Assembly (NCBI GenBank): GCA_964543655.1
Contig: CAZIZE010000040.1
Span: 1 to 52,429, forward strand
Origin: an uncultured bacterium
Lineage (GTDB): Bacteria > DYJV01
Length of the DNA stretch: 52,429 nucleotides
Direction: 5' to 3'
A program made the position numbers and the translations under genes. The notes beneath the pieces were generated by a model. It did not search any database. It was given only the letters and a program-made list of their open reading frames with translations, and was not told where the DNA came from. This document shows positions 20,897 through 29,251 of the stretch, piece after piece; the first letter of the stretch is position 1, and each line of letters opens with the position of its first letter.

Positions 20897-21614
20897 AAGC
20901 TTGTATAAAAGCTTTGGTGAGCATAAAGTTTTAAATGGTGTTGACTTAGATGTTGTTGAAAGCAAGATTACTTTTATACTTGGAAAAAGTGGGCAAGGAA
21001 AATCAGTTCTGTTACGGCATATTATGGGGCTTGTTAAGCCAGATAGTGGAGAAATTTTTATAAACAATAAAAATATTGTAAATATGAGTAGAAAAGAACT
21101 TACAGAAGTACGGAAAGAATTTGGAGTTTTGTTTCAAAATGTGGCACTTTTTGATTCAATGACAGTTTATGAAAATGTGGCGTTTCCCTTAGTTGAGCAT
21201 ACTAAATTGAGTAGAAAAGAGATTGAAAAAATTGTAAAAGATAAACTTGCCCTTGTTGGTCTTGAAGGGATAGAAAGTAGAATGCCATCAGAACTTTCAG
21301 GGGGAATGAAAAAAAGAGTAGGTCTTGCAAGAGCAATAGTTCTTAATCCTAAAATTTTGCTTTTTGATGAGCCTACAACGGGTCTTGATCCAATAATTTG
21401 TGATCAAGTGGACAATTTAATTTATGAAACTCAAAGAAAATTGAACTTGACCTGTCTTGTTATTAGCCATGATATTCCTGCTACTTTTAAACTTGCTGAT
21501 TATGTGGCAATGCTTGATGGTGGTAGAATTGTAGAATATGGCACACCTGAAGATTTTAAAAGGTCTGAAAATAAAGTTATTAGAGAATTTTTAAAAAGAG
21601 ACCTTTATCTTTGA
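20883..21614 (+). CDS. mlaF: MlaF/Mkl-type ABC ATPase
   Basis: GKSGQGKS, FQNVALFDSMTV, PSELSGGMKKRVGLARA, DEPTTGLDP; upstream of an MCE gene. Confidence 0.88.
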   Translation: MIKVRSLYKSFGEHKVLNGVDLDVVESKITFILGKSGQGKSVLLRHIMGLVKPDSGEIFINNKNIVNMSRKELTEVRKEFGVLFQNVALFDSMTVYENVAFPLVEHTKLSRKEIEKIVKDKLALVGLEGIESRMPSELSGGMKKRVGLARAIVLNPKILLFDEPTTGLDPIICDQVDNLIYETQRKLNLTCLVISHDIPATFKLADYVAMLDGGRIVEYGTPEDFKRSENKVIREFLKRDLYL

Positions 21615-21619
21615 GTTAA

Positions 21620-21842
21620 GATTTAGGATATAGTTGTTGGGGGTAGTGATAATTGATTGTAAATGACAATAAATAATTTCAGGATTTAGTTGTTAGGAAC
21701 CGGGATCTATCTTTTTAACTTTAAATGGCAATAAATAACAGTGAATTACAATTGTTAACGACTATTAACAAAAAAATAGAGAGTGTCAGGTAATACAAAT
21801 TATATATATTATTTCAGGTAGAAAATTGATTAATCCTAAATT
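21620..21842. repeat. Composite intergenic repeat element inside the mlaF-mlaD spacer
   Basis: 9-bp inverted ends ATTTAGGAT (21621-21629) / ATCCTAAAT (21833-21841). Two imperfect tandem units AGGATWTAGTTGTT...TAAATGRCAATAAATAA (~21625-21676 and ~21681-21738). Cross-matches to 16504-16523 and 12671-12703. Confidence 0.6.
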
Positions 21843-21857
21843 ACCTCAGGGGGAGAA

Positions 21858-23018
21858 ATGGATAAAAAAGTAATTAAAACAGAGGCAATAGTTGGAATTT
21901 TTGTAATCGCTGCTTTTACTTTACTATTTTTTATGACCATGAAATTAAGTGGAGTTAGAAAAGTAAAAGGTAATGGCAATAAATATTTTGTGATTTTTAA
22001 TGATGTATCAGGTCTTGTTAATAAAGCAAAGGTTGAAATTGCAGGTGTTGAAGCTGGATTTGTTGATAAAATTCAGCTTACCAAAGATGGTAAAGCTAAA
22101 CTTACAATAGTTATAACCAAAAATGTTACGTTGAAAAAAGATGCAACTGCTTTTGTAAAAACTTACGGTTTTATGGGAGAAAAATATGTGGAAGTTTTTC
22201 CAGGCAATTCTGCAGAATTGTTGCACAGTGGTGATTATATTAAGAGAGGTTTATCAGAGCAAAGTATTTCTGAAGTTGCAAATAAAATTTCTATTGCAGC
22301 AGATGAATTTAGGAAATTTTTTCAGAATCTAAACCAGAGCCTTGGTGGAAAACAGGGAAAAGAGAAGATTACCAATATTTTGGATAATTTTGAAATAGTG
22401 AGCAAAGACCTTGCTTTTATACTTGAAAAGAATAAAAATAAGTTTAATAACATAGTTGACAATTTTGATAATTTTTCAGCAAATCTTGCAAAATCAACAG
22501 AAGGTTTTAATGATGTTTTTCTTAAAATTGACAAAACAGTTACAAGTCTTTCAGAGGTTTCTAATAAAATTAATAACGGTAAAGGCACACTTGGAAAATT
22601 GATTAATGATGATGAGCTTTATAATAATATTAACTCAGTATTTGCAAAAATAGCACATGGCAAAGGTACAATTGGAAAGCTTGTAAATGATGATAATATA
22701 TATGCTGAACTAAAAGCAACCCTATCAAATATAGAAAATATCACAGCTAAACTGAAGTCAGGTAAAGGCACATTTGGAAAGTTAATAAATGATGAGCAAG
22801 TTTATAATCAACTAAAAATCACTCTTTCCAATCTTCAGCAGATAACATCTGATATTAAATCTGGCAAAGGGACTCTTGGGAAAATAGTTGCAGATGACGA
22901 AATGTACAAAGAGATAGATAAAACTTTACTTAGAATTCAACAAGCAGCTTCTGGATTTAGTGAGCAAACACCTATTTCAACCTTCGGTGTTGTAATGGGT
23001 ACACTGTTTAGTTTTTAA
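21858..23018 (+). CDS. mlaD: MlaD/MCE-domain protein with a long helical C-terminal region
   Basis: N-terminal TM (VGIFV), FNDVSGL..KAKVEIAGVEAGFV, GFMGEKYVEVFPG; four GKGTxGK(L/I)xxD repeats. Confidence 0.88.
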   Translation: MDKKVIKTEAIVGIFVIAAFTLLFFMTMKLSGVRKVKGNGNKYFVIFNDVSGLVNKAKVEIAGVEAGFVDKIQLTKDGKAKLTIVITKNVTLKKDATAFVKTYGFMGEKYVEVFPGNSAELLHSGDYIKRGLSEQSISEVANKISIAADEFRKFFQNLNQSLGGKQGKEKITNILDNFEIVSKDLAFILEKNKNKFNNIVDNFDNFSANLAKSTEGFNDVFLKIDKTVTSLSEVSNKINNGKGTLGKLINDDELYNNINSVFAKIAHGKGTIGKLVNDDNIYAELKATLSNIENITAKLKSGKGTFGKLINDEQVYNQLKITLSNLQQITSDIKSGKGTLGKIVADDEMYKEIDKTLLRIQQAASGFSEQTPISTFGVVMGTLFSF

Positions 23019-23027
23019 TTTTTAATT

Positions 23028-24356
23028 ATGAAAAATTTTTTAATAGCTCTATTTTTACTTTTGGCAACTTCTCTTTTTTCAGAAAATCTACATTTTCAAC
23101 AGGGATTATGGCCTATCTATTTTAAAGAGGATAAAACTGAGAATTTTTTAGTGCCTTTTTTTCAATTTAATGGAGGAATTGTAAGTAAATTTATTTTCAG
23201 ACCATTTTTTCTGTATCAGAAGAGAAATAATGGCAATTACCAGTTTAATCTTTTATATCCTATTGTTGAATTTAGCAAGAATAATAAAGTAGTTACAGAA
23301 AGGATTTTCCCTTTTTTTAATAAAAAATATGAAGAAAACAGGTCAGATGAGTATTTTTCGCACTTTTTCCCTGTTTTTTGGGGTAAATACAATAATAAAA
23401 AGTATGGGGGAGTTTTCCCCATATATGGTAAATTAATTAACAAATTTCATTACAATGAAATTAATTTTTATTTATGGCCTCTATATTTTAGTAAAAGAAA
23501 GGGAGAAGATATTGACTATAATTTTTTATGGCCTTTTTTTGGATATGGTAAAGGGGAAGATTATTCAGCATTACGTGTTTGGCCATTTTTTGGGTATAAA
23601 GAAAAGAAAAACTATTTTTCAAGAAAATTTTTTCTATGGCCATTTTTTATTTTTCAGAAAAGAAAAATTGAATTAAGTGATAATGGTTGGGAGTACTCCA
23701 ATATTTATTTCCCATTTTATATACATACTTTTTCTAAATATTACGATTATAAAACTTTTCTTTTCCCTTTTTTTAGAATAAATAAAAGAGGTGAAGACTA
23801 CAGATATTATGCTTTTCCTTGGCCATTTTTTACTTATGAAAAAGATGGTAAGGGATTTTATGATATAGCTGTTTTCCCTTTTATACATATTGTTCACAAA
23901 ACACAGTATGATAGATTATCATTTTTGTGGGTTTTATTTAGGAATGAGAAAATTTTTACAAAAAATAGAAGAGAGTTAATTGAAGAAAATAGAAGTTTTC
24001 TTTTAATAAACAGATTTGAAAAAGATTATGAACATCATGTAACTTATAAAAATATATGGCCATTTTTTGAATATTACAGAAAAAATGACAATTATATTTT
24101 AAAAATTTTTGAACTATTTCCTTTTAAAATACCTGAGGTTTATGAGCTATATTCACCTTTTTTTAATATTTTTTATATTGCAAAAAAAGATGGGATGAAA
24201 AAGATAAGTTTTTTATGGGGGTTATTATCTTATGAAAAAAATAAAAAAAATAGTTGCTTTAATTTTCTTAAAATATTAAAATTTTGCACAAGTAATAAAA
24301 AAATAGTTTCATTTAATAAAGAGAGGTGGGAGTTAATATGCAATACAGGTATGTAA
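23028..24356 (+). CDS. Secreted hypothetical protein with ~20 aromatic (L/F/V/I)(W/F/Y)PFF-type repeats
   Basis: Signal peptide MKNFLIALFLLLATSLFS; repeats GLWPIY, FLVPFF, IFRPFF, IFPFF, YLWPLY, FLWPFF (x2), VWPFF, LFPFF, PWPFF, IWPFF spaced ~15-25 aa apart. Confidence 0.8.
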   Translation: MKNFLIALFLLLATSLFSENLHFQQGLWPIYFKEDKTENFLVPFFQFNGGIVSKFIFRPFFLYQKRNNGNYQFNLLYPIVEFSKNNKVVTERIFPFFNKKYEENRSDEYFSHFFPVFWGKYNNKKYGGVFPIYGKLINKFHYNEINFYLWPLYFSKRKGEDIDYNFLWPFFGYGKGEDYSALRVWPFFGYKEKKNYFSRKFFLWPFFIFQKRKIELSDNGWEYSNIYFPFYIHTFSKYYDYKTFLFPFFRINKRGEDYRYYAFPWPFFTYEKDGKGFYDIAVFPFIHIVHKTQYDRLSFLWVLFRNEKIFTKNRRELIEENRSFLLINRFEKDYEHHVTYKNIWPFFEYYRKNDNYILKIFELFPFKIPEVYELYSPFFNIFYIAKKDGMKKISFLWGLLSYEKNKKNSCFNFLKILKFCTSNKKIVSFNKERWELICNTGM

Positions 24357-25162
24357 TTTTTATTTTTTTCTTTTTAACAGTAAATTGTTTTTCAGGTAAT
24401 TTTTACACACCAAATAATATTGATGGATTGCATCTTAAGTATAAGTTTGGATTCTGGCTTACAAGTGAAGCAGCAGTGGGAGATTTTAGTGTTAAAAAAG
24501 TTGGTAAAAATGAGTATATTGCAAAGCTTGTTGGAGAAACCAAGGGAGTGGTTGGCTTTTTTCTGAAATATAGAAAAGATGTTATGATTTCTAAAATGCA
24601 TTTTAACAAAAGGTTAAATAAGTTTGTTCCAGAAAATTTTATTAAAAAAGTTATAATTGATAAAAACTTAAAAGAGTCCACATACCTATTTGATTATAAA
24701 AATATGAGAATTATAAAAAAGAGGCATGTTGTAAAATATGAGCAGCAGAGTGATTCTCCTGATCAAGAATTTTTAAATAATATGGATGATAGTAGTGGTG
24801 TAAAAAGAATAGTTAAAAATTCCACATATTATATACCATTAAAAAGTAAAAACTTTGAAGATTATCTAACAGCAGCTGTTAATTTTATTACAGGTAGATA
24901 TAAAATTCCAAAGAAAAATGAAACACTTAAAATCAGATTATTTCCTGAAAAAAATAAAAAAAAGAGGAAACGTATTTTATTAATACATTTATTAAAGAAA
25001 AATGAAAATTTTTATCATATTAAAGCTGATTTTAATGTTGATTTTATTTCTGATAAAATTACAAAGGTGTTTGCTAAAATTAACAGGAACATGATACCAG
25101 AAAAAGTAATGATTCCATCAAGCTCGTTGTTAGGAACTATTTATGCAGAAAGGATAAAATGA
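24338..25162 (+). CDS. Exported DUF3108-like protein
   Basis: Signal-like N-terminus; LKYKFGFW..AAVG...YIAKLVGETKGVVGFF pattern resembles DUF3108. ATG at 24338 behind GGAG. Confidence 0.55.
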   Translation: MQYRYVIFIFFFLTVNCFSGNFYTPNNIDGLHLKYKFGFWLTSEAAVGDFSVKKVGKNEYIAKLVGETKGVVGFFLKYRKDVMISKMHFNKRLNKFVPENFIKKVIIDKNLKESTYLFDYKNMRIIKKRHVVKYEQQSDSPDQEFLNNMDDSSGVKRIVKNSTYYIPLKSKNFEDYLTAAVNFITGRYKIPKKNETLKIRLFPEKNKKKRKRILLIHLLKKNENFYHIKADFNVDFISDKITKVFAKINRNMIPEKVMIPSSSLLGTIYAERIK

Positions 25163-25923
25163 AAAGCAGGTTTATTTTAATTGATTGCCAAGGAAAAGGA
25201 AGAATATATTTTGAAAATGTTGGAGATAATGAATTTATATCAACTCATAAAGGTAATATTTCTATTGAAGATATAGAGCAAGCAGATTGGGGTTCTGTTA
25301 TTACTACTCATAAGGGACATCCATACAGAATAGTCGAGGTTGATATTAATGATTATATTATGTTTGGATTAAAGAGAGAAACACAGATAATTTATCCGAA
25401 AGATAGTGGCTTTATAACTGTTAATCTTGGAATAAAATCAGGGGACAAAATTTTTGAGTGTGGTTGTGGAAGTGGTGCCCTTACCCTTGTTATGGCAAAT
25501 GTTGTGTCTCCTAATGGCAAAATCTTTTGTTATGAAAGAAAAGAACGATTTATTAATCTTGCAAAGAAAAATCTTCAATTTAACAATTTAAAAGATTATG
25601 TTGTAATAAAGGAGAAGGATCTTGAAAATGATGAAATAGATGAGAAAGATTTTGATACTGCTTTTATTGACACAAAAGAACCGTGGAAAATAATTGAAAA
25701 AGTTAGTATATCTCTTAAACCAGGGAGAAAATTGGGAATTCTTGTACCAACTTTTAATCAGATAGTTGAGGTATTAAAAGAATTAAAGCGGGTAAAGCAT
25801 TTTGATATATCTGTGAAAGAGATTTTATTGAGAGAGTTTAAAACAATTCCTGATAGAGTTAGACCTGAAGATAGAATGGTTGCTCATACAGGATTTTTAA
25901 TATTCTCCAGAAAAGGAGTGTAA
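25159..25923 (+). CDS. trmI: tRNA (adenine-57/58-N1)-methyltransferase
   Basis: KRETQIIYPKD, ECGCGSGALT, D..EPW, PTFNQ, VRPEDRMVAHTGFL. Confidence 0.93.
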   Translation: MKSRFILIDCQGKGRIYFENVGDNEFISTHKGNISIEDIEQADWGSVITTHKGHPYRIVEVDINDYIMFGLKRETQIIYPKDSGFITVNLGIKSGDKIFECGCGSGALTLVMANVVSPNGKIFCYERKERFINLAKKNLQFNNLKDYVVIKEKDLENDEIDEKDFDTAFIDTKEPWKIIEKVSISLKPGRKLGILVPTFNQIVEVLKELKRVKHFDISVKEILLREFKTIPDRVRPEDRMVAHTGFLIFSRKGV

Positions 25924-26352
25924 ATGTTTAACCTATTAGAGGTTTTTGTTACAAAGCTAAACTACCATATTTTACGAGAAAATATTTTAAAAACAGAAAA
26001 TATGAAAATAGAGTCTAAAATAGATTTAAAGTCCCAATACAATAGGAAAATAAAGCTACTTGAGGTTGTTATCAGTATGGATATTAAAGGTTTTGAGGAA
26101 GAGTTAACTTTGCTTGAGCTTTCAATAGAATTATCAGGTGTATTTGCAAAAAATGACTCTTATGAAGAGCCTTCAGAAAATGCTCTTGAAATTTTTAGCA
26201 AAGTAAAAGCACCAGCAATCCTTTTTCCATTTATAGTTGAAAATATACATAATTTAACATTAAAGTCAAAGATAAAACCTTTGATAATTCCATATATTGA
26301 TTTTGAAAAATTATATTTTGAAAATAAAAAGTTTGATAAAATAATACATTAA
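25924..26352 (+). CDS. SecB-like protein-export chaperone
   Basis: ELSGVF...APAILFPFIVE...PLIIPYIDF matches the SecB C-terminal signature. Confidence 0.75.
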   Translation: MFNLLEVFVTKLNYHILRENILKTENMKIESKIDLKSQYNRKIKLLEVVISMDIKGFEEELTLLELSIELSGVFAKNDSYEEPSENALEIFSKVKAPAILFPFIVENIHNLTLKSKIKPLIIPYIDFEKLYFENKKFDKIIH

Positions 26353-26368
26353 AATAAGTGAGGAAAAA

Positions 26369-26848
26369 ATGCAAATAATCATCAATGGAGTTGGAGGTCA
26401 AGGAGTGCTGTTTTTATCCAAAATTCTTGGAAAAGCTGCACTTAACAGAGGCGAAAAGATTCTATCAAGTGAAACAATTGGCATGGCTCAAAGAGGTGGC
26501 TCTGTTTTCTCTTTTATGAAAATTGGCGAGAAGTATAGTAGCCCAATGATTATTCCTAAAGATGGTGATATATTAATATGCTTAAATGAAAAAGAGCTTG
26601 AAAATGGTAAAAATTATTTAAAGTTAGATGGTAAGGTGTTTGTTAATTCTTCAGATTTTTTCAATGCCACACAAGTTGCAATTAAGAACAACAACCCTGC
26701 AATGACAAATATAATATTTCTTGGTTATATTGTAAATTTTGAAGAATTTCCATTTAAAAAAGATGAAATTTTAAAAGTAATTCCAGAAAGAGCAGTTAAT
26801 TTTTTTAATATAGGTATTGAGGAATATAATTTAAAAAATCAGTTATAA
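26369..26848 (+). CDS. iorB: Indolepyruvate:ferredoxin oxidoreductase beta subunit (POR gamma family)
   Basis: GVGGQG, SETIGMAQRGGSV, SPMI, N..LG motifs. Confidence 0.85.
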   Translation: MQIIINGVGGQGVLFLSKILGKAALNRGEKILSSETIGMAQRGGSVFSFMKIGEKYSSPMIIPKDGDILICLNEKELENGKNYLKLDGKVFVNSSDFFNATQVAIKNNNPAMTNIIFLGYIVNFEEFPFKKDEILKVIPERAVNFFNIGIEEYNLKNQL

Positions 26849-26896
26849 AAAATTCTATTAAAACTTTTCTTATTAGTTTCTATTCTTAAAAAAATT

Positions 26897-26925
26897 TTGA
26901 CTTTTATTTTTTTCTTTTATATATA
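26897..26925 (+). promoter_or_regulatory. Putative sigma70 promoter of the 757-aa gene
   Basis: TTGACT-N17-TATATA, with SD AGGGGGAG before ATG 26959. Confidence 0.45.
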
Positions 26926-26958
26926 TTCCAATTATTTTTTGATGTCAGGGGGAGAATT

Positions 26959-29232
26959 ATGAAAAAATTTTCCTATTTTTTTATTTTATTTCTTCTCTTT
27001 TGTTTTCAACATGTTTATGCAGAAAATTCTTCTCTATCTATTGGAGATAAAGTATGTGTTGCAAATGAATATGGAAAATGGTTTGAAGGAAAAATTACAG
27101 AAATTATTGATAACAGCACAATGGTAAAAGTTAAATATTCTCGTTACGATACCTGTTTTTTATGTGATAATTTTGAATTCAATGAGGATGATTACAATGA
27201 TAGCTTTTATGAAGGATGGTTTGATTCTGCTGGAGCATCTTTTAGGTTGCCATATGTACCAAAAGCAGGAGAAGAGGTTTTAGTTGAAGCAAAAGTTTAT
27301 TTTACAAAACCTTATTATTATACAGCTAAAGTAGAAAGTAAATATGATAATAAATATTTTTCAAAATATATTGTTAAATTTAATAATTATACAAGTAATA
27401 ATACAGATACAGATACAGAAGATATTTTAGCATGTCGTATTTTTAAGCTTCCTCAATTAGGTGATTATTTATGGGCAGATGATTTATATGCTCAGGTTAA
27501 AGAGAGAGTTGATACAGATTTATGGAAAGTTATAGAAGCTGGTTATACTTCTACTGATAGATGGGTTGAAAAAGAGCAAGAGGTTAAACCAGGAAATTTT
27601 AAACCAGCAGTTGGAGAAGATTTGAAAGAAATAGAGTATAATTTTAAAATTCATGAACCAATTCCAGTACCTCAAACCAGAGAAATATTTGAATTTAATG
27701 CAAAAAGTTATCCATATTCAGTAGATGACTCAAATATTCCTGACAAATTTTACCCAATATCTTTTGGTGGTATAAATTATGGACTGGATGAGTTTTGGCT
27801 GGAGCTTAAATGGCCAAAATTTAAATCTCCTGTTGATATCTATTTGGTTATTGTTTATGAAAGCCTCAAAGGTGATAAAGCCATTTTTACTGTGTGGTCT
27901 GATAGAAAAATCCATTCATTAGATGAGGGGCTTCAACCATTCAAAGCTGCACCTAATTATAATAACACATCTTTATGGTATACATATCCTGACAAACCAT
28001 TAACCTATAGCTTATTTCCTGATGGGAAATATACTTTTTATCTTTTTGTTACACCACATGGAGATATTTCTTCTTTTTATGCATGGAAAACAGAATTAAA
28101 TAAAAATTGGCCTGGAAAGTATAGTAATGAAATTCACAATTGCACAACTGATTTATATAGTGATATTGACACTATAATTAATTATATTGAGAAAAATGAA
28201 ACCACTGATATATATAATAAGCTTAAAAGTTATGTTGAAAATTATACCTCTTCCAGTTCAACGGAGGATTCAAAGTTAGAAGCTTACAATAATATAATGG
28301 TTACTTCTTATTTTGCAGATAATGTATACCCATTTTGTTGGGCAGCATTAAATGCTTTTAAATATGACAATACAAAAACAACAATTATGAATTCAGCTAT
28401 TGTATGTCTTTTGGAATTGAAAAAAGAAGAACTTGCTGCTAAAATGTTGGATTGTGCTTATAATAAAGATCCTGATTTTTCTGTAACTCATCAGAATGCA
28501 TCTGTTTATTTTAAAATGAAAAATAATTTAAAAGAAGCCCTTAATGAAAAAATAAAATCTGTTGAATTAGCACCTTATAATTATCATAATGCATGGGATG
28601 GCGGATATTTTGTTGAGACTCATGAGAATGAATTTTCAAATTTTTCATCAATTAGCGATTATTTTTATGATAGAGTTGCTTCTAACTATCCTTTATTATC
28701 TTATAAAGGTTTTCCTGGTAAAGCACCTCCAGAAACAATTGTTTGTTGTAACTGTAATGGAGGAATTTATCATGATATAATGAATTGTCTTGATTCATGT
28801 GAGGTAACACTTGCATGTTTTACGCATATTTGCACACCAAAATTGGAATGTTGTAATGGAAATGGTCCTTTTGATTTTGGAGCAGGAATATGTATTCCTC
28901 CTGAAGGAGTACAGTTATGTGTTGGTATAGATGCACAGGGAAATATAACTTTGAGTGCAGGAGCTGGTGTTCTTGGAGGATTAATAGGTGGACAGGTAGG
29001 ATTAAAAGTAGGTTTTAGTGGAAATTATACAATTTTTACAAAAGCGTCAGTTGGAGAGGCTTTAAGTGCTTCTACTGTGCTAATTACAAGTGATCCAAAA
29101 ACCAAGCAATGGGCAAGTACTTTTTCTATTGGTTCTGATACAAAATTTGACAGTGGATTTACTTTAGGCTCAAATTTTAATTTACCAGAAAGCTGGAAAA
29201 AATCAATTTGGTGTGAGTTTTTCTCAGATTAA
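26959..29232 (+). CDS. Secreted multidomain hypothetical protein (Tudor/SH3-like repeats, beta domain, TPR-like helices, Cys-rich and Gly-rich C-terminus)
   Basis: Signal peptide ending VYA; GDKV..W..G.I-type repeats; helical A-rich segment; 11 Cys in ~60 aa near the C-terminus. Confidence 0.75.
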   Translation: MKKFSYFFILFLLFCFQHVYAENSSLSIGDKVCVANEYGKWFEGKITEIIDNSTMVKVKYSRYDTCFLCDNFEFNEDDYNDSFYEGWFDSAGASFRLPYVPKAGEEVLVEAKVYFTKPYYYTAKVESKYDNKYFSKYIVKFNNYTSNNTDTDTEDILACRIFKLPQLGDYLWADDLYAQVKERVDTDLWKVIEAGYTSTDRWVEKEQEVKPGNFKPAVGEDLKEIEYNFKIHEPIPVPQTREIFEFNAKSYPYSVDDSNIPDKFYPISFGGINYGLDEFWLELKWPKFKSPVDIYLVIVYESLKGDKAIFTVWSDRKIHSLDEGLQPFKAAPNYNNTSLWYTYPDKPLTYSLFPDGKYTFYLFVTPHGDISSFYAWKTELNKNWPGKYSNEIHNCTTDLYSDIDTIINYIEKNETTDIYNKLKSYVENYTSSSSTEDSKLEAYNNIMVTSYFADNVYPFCWAALNAFKYDNTKTTIMNSAIVCLLELKKEELAAKMLDCAYNKDPDFSVTHQNASVYFKMKNNLKEALNEKIKSVELAPYNYHNAWDGGYFVETHENEFSNFSSISDYFYDRVASNYPLLSYKGFPGKAPPETIVCCNCNGGIYHDIMNCLDSCEVTLACFTHICTPKLECCNGNGPFDFGAGICIPPEGVQLCVGIDAQGNITLSAGAGVLGGLIGGQVGLKVGFSGNYTIFTKASVGEALSASTVLITSDPKTKQWASTFSIGSDTKFDSGFTLGSNFNLPESWKKSIWCEFFSD

Positions 29233-29251
29233 AATAAAGAAAATACATTAA

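Noticed and set aside
21621-21740. Possible mini CRISPR array
   Set aside because: Only two imperfect units, conserved blocks split by variable sequence, no regular repeat-spacer period, and no cas genes in the window.
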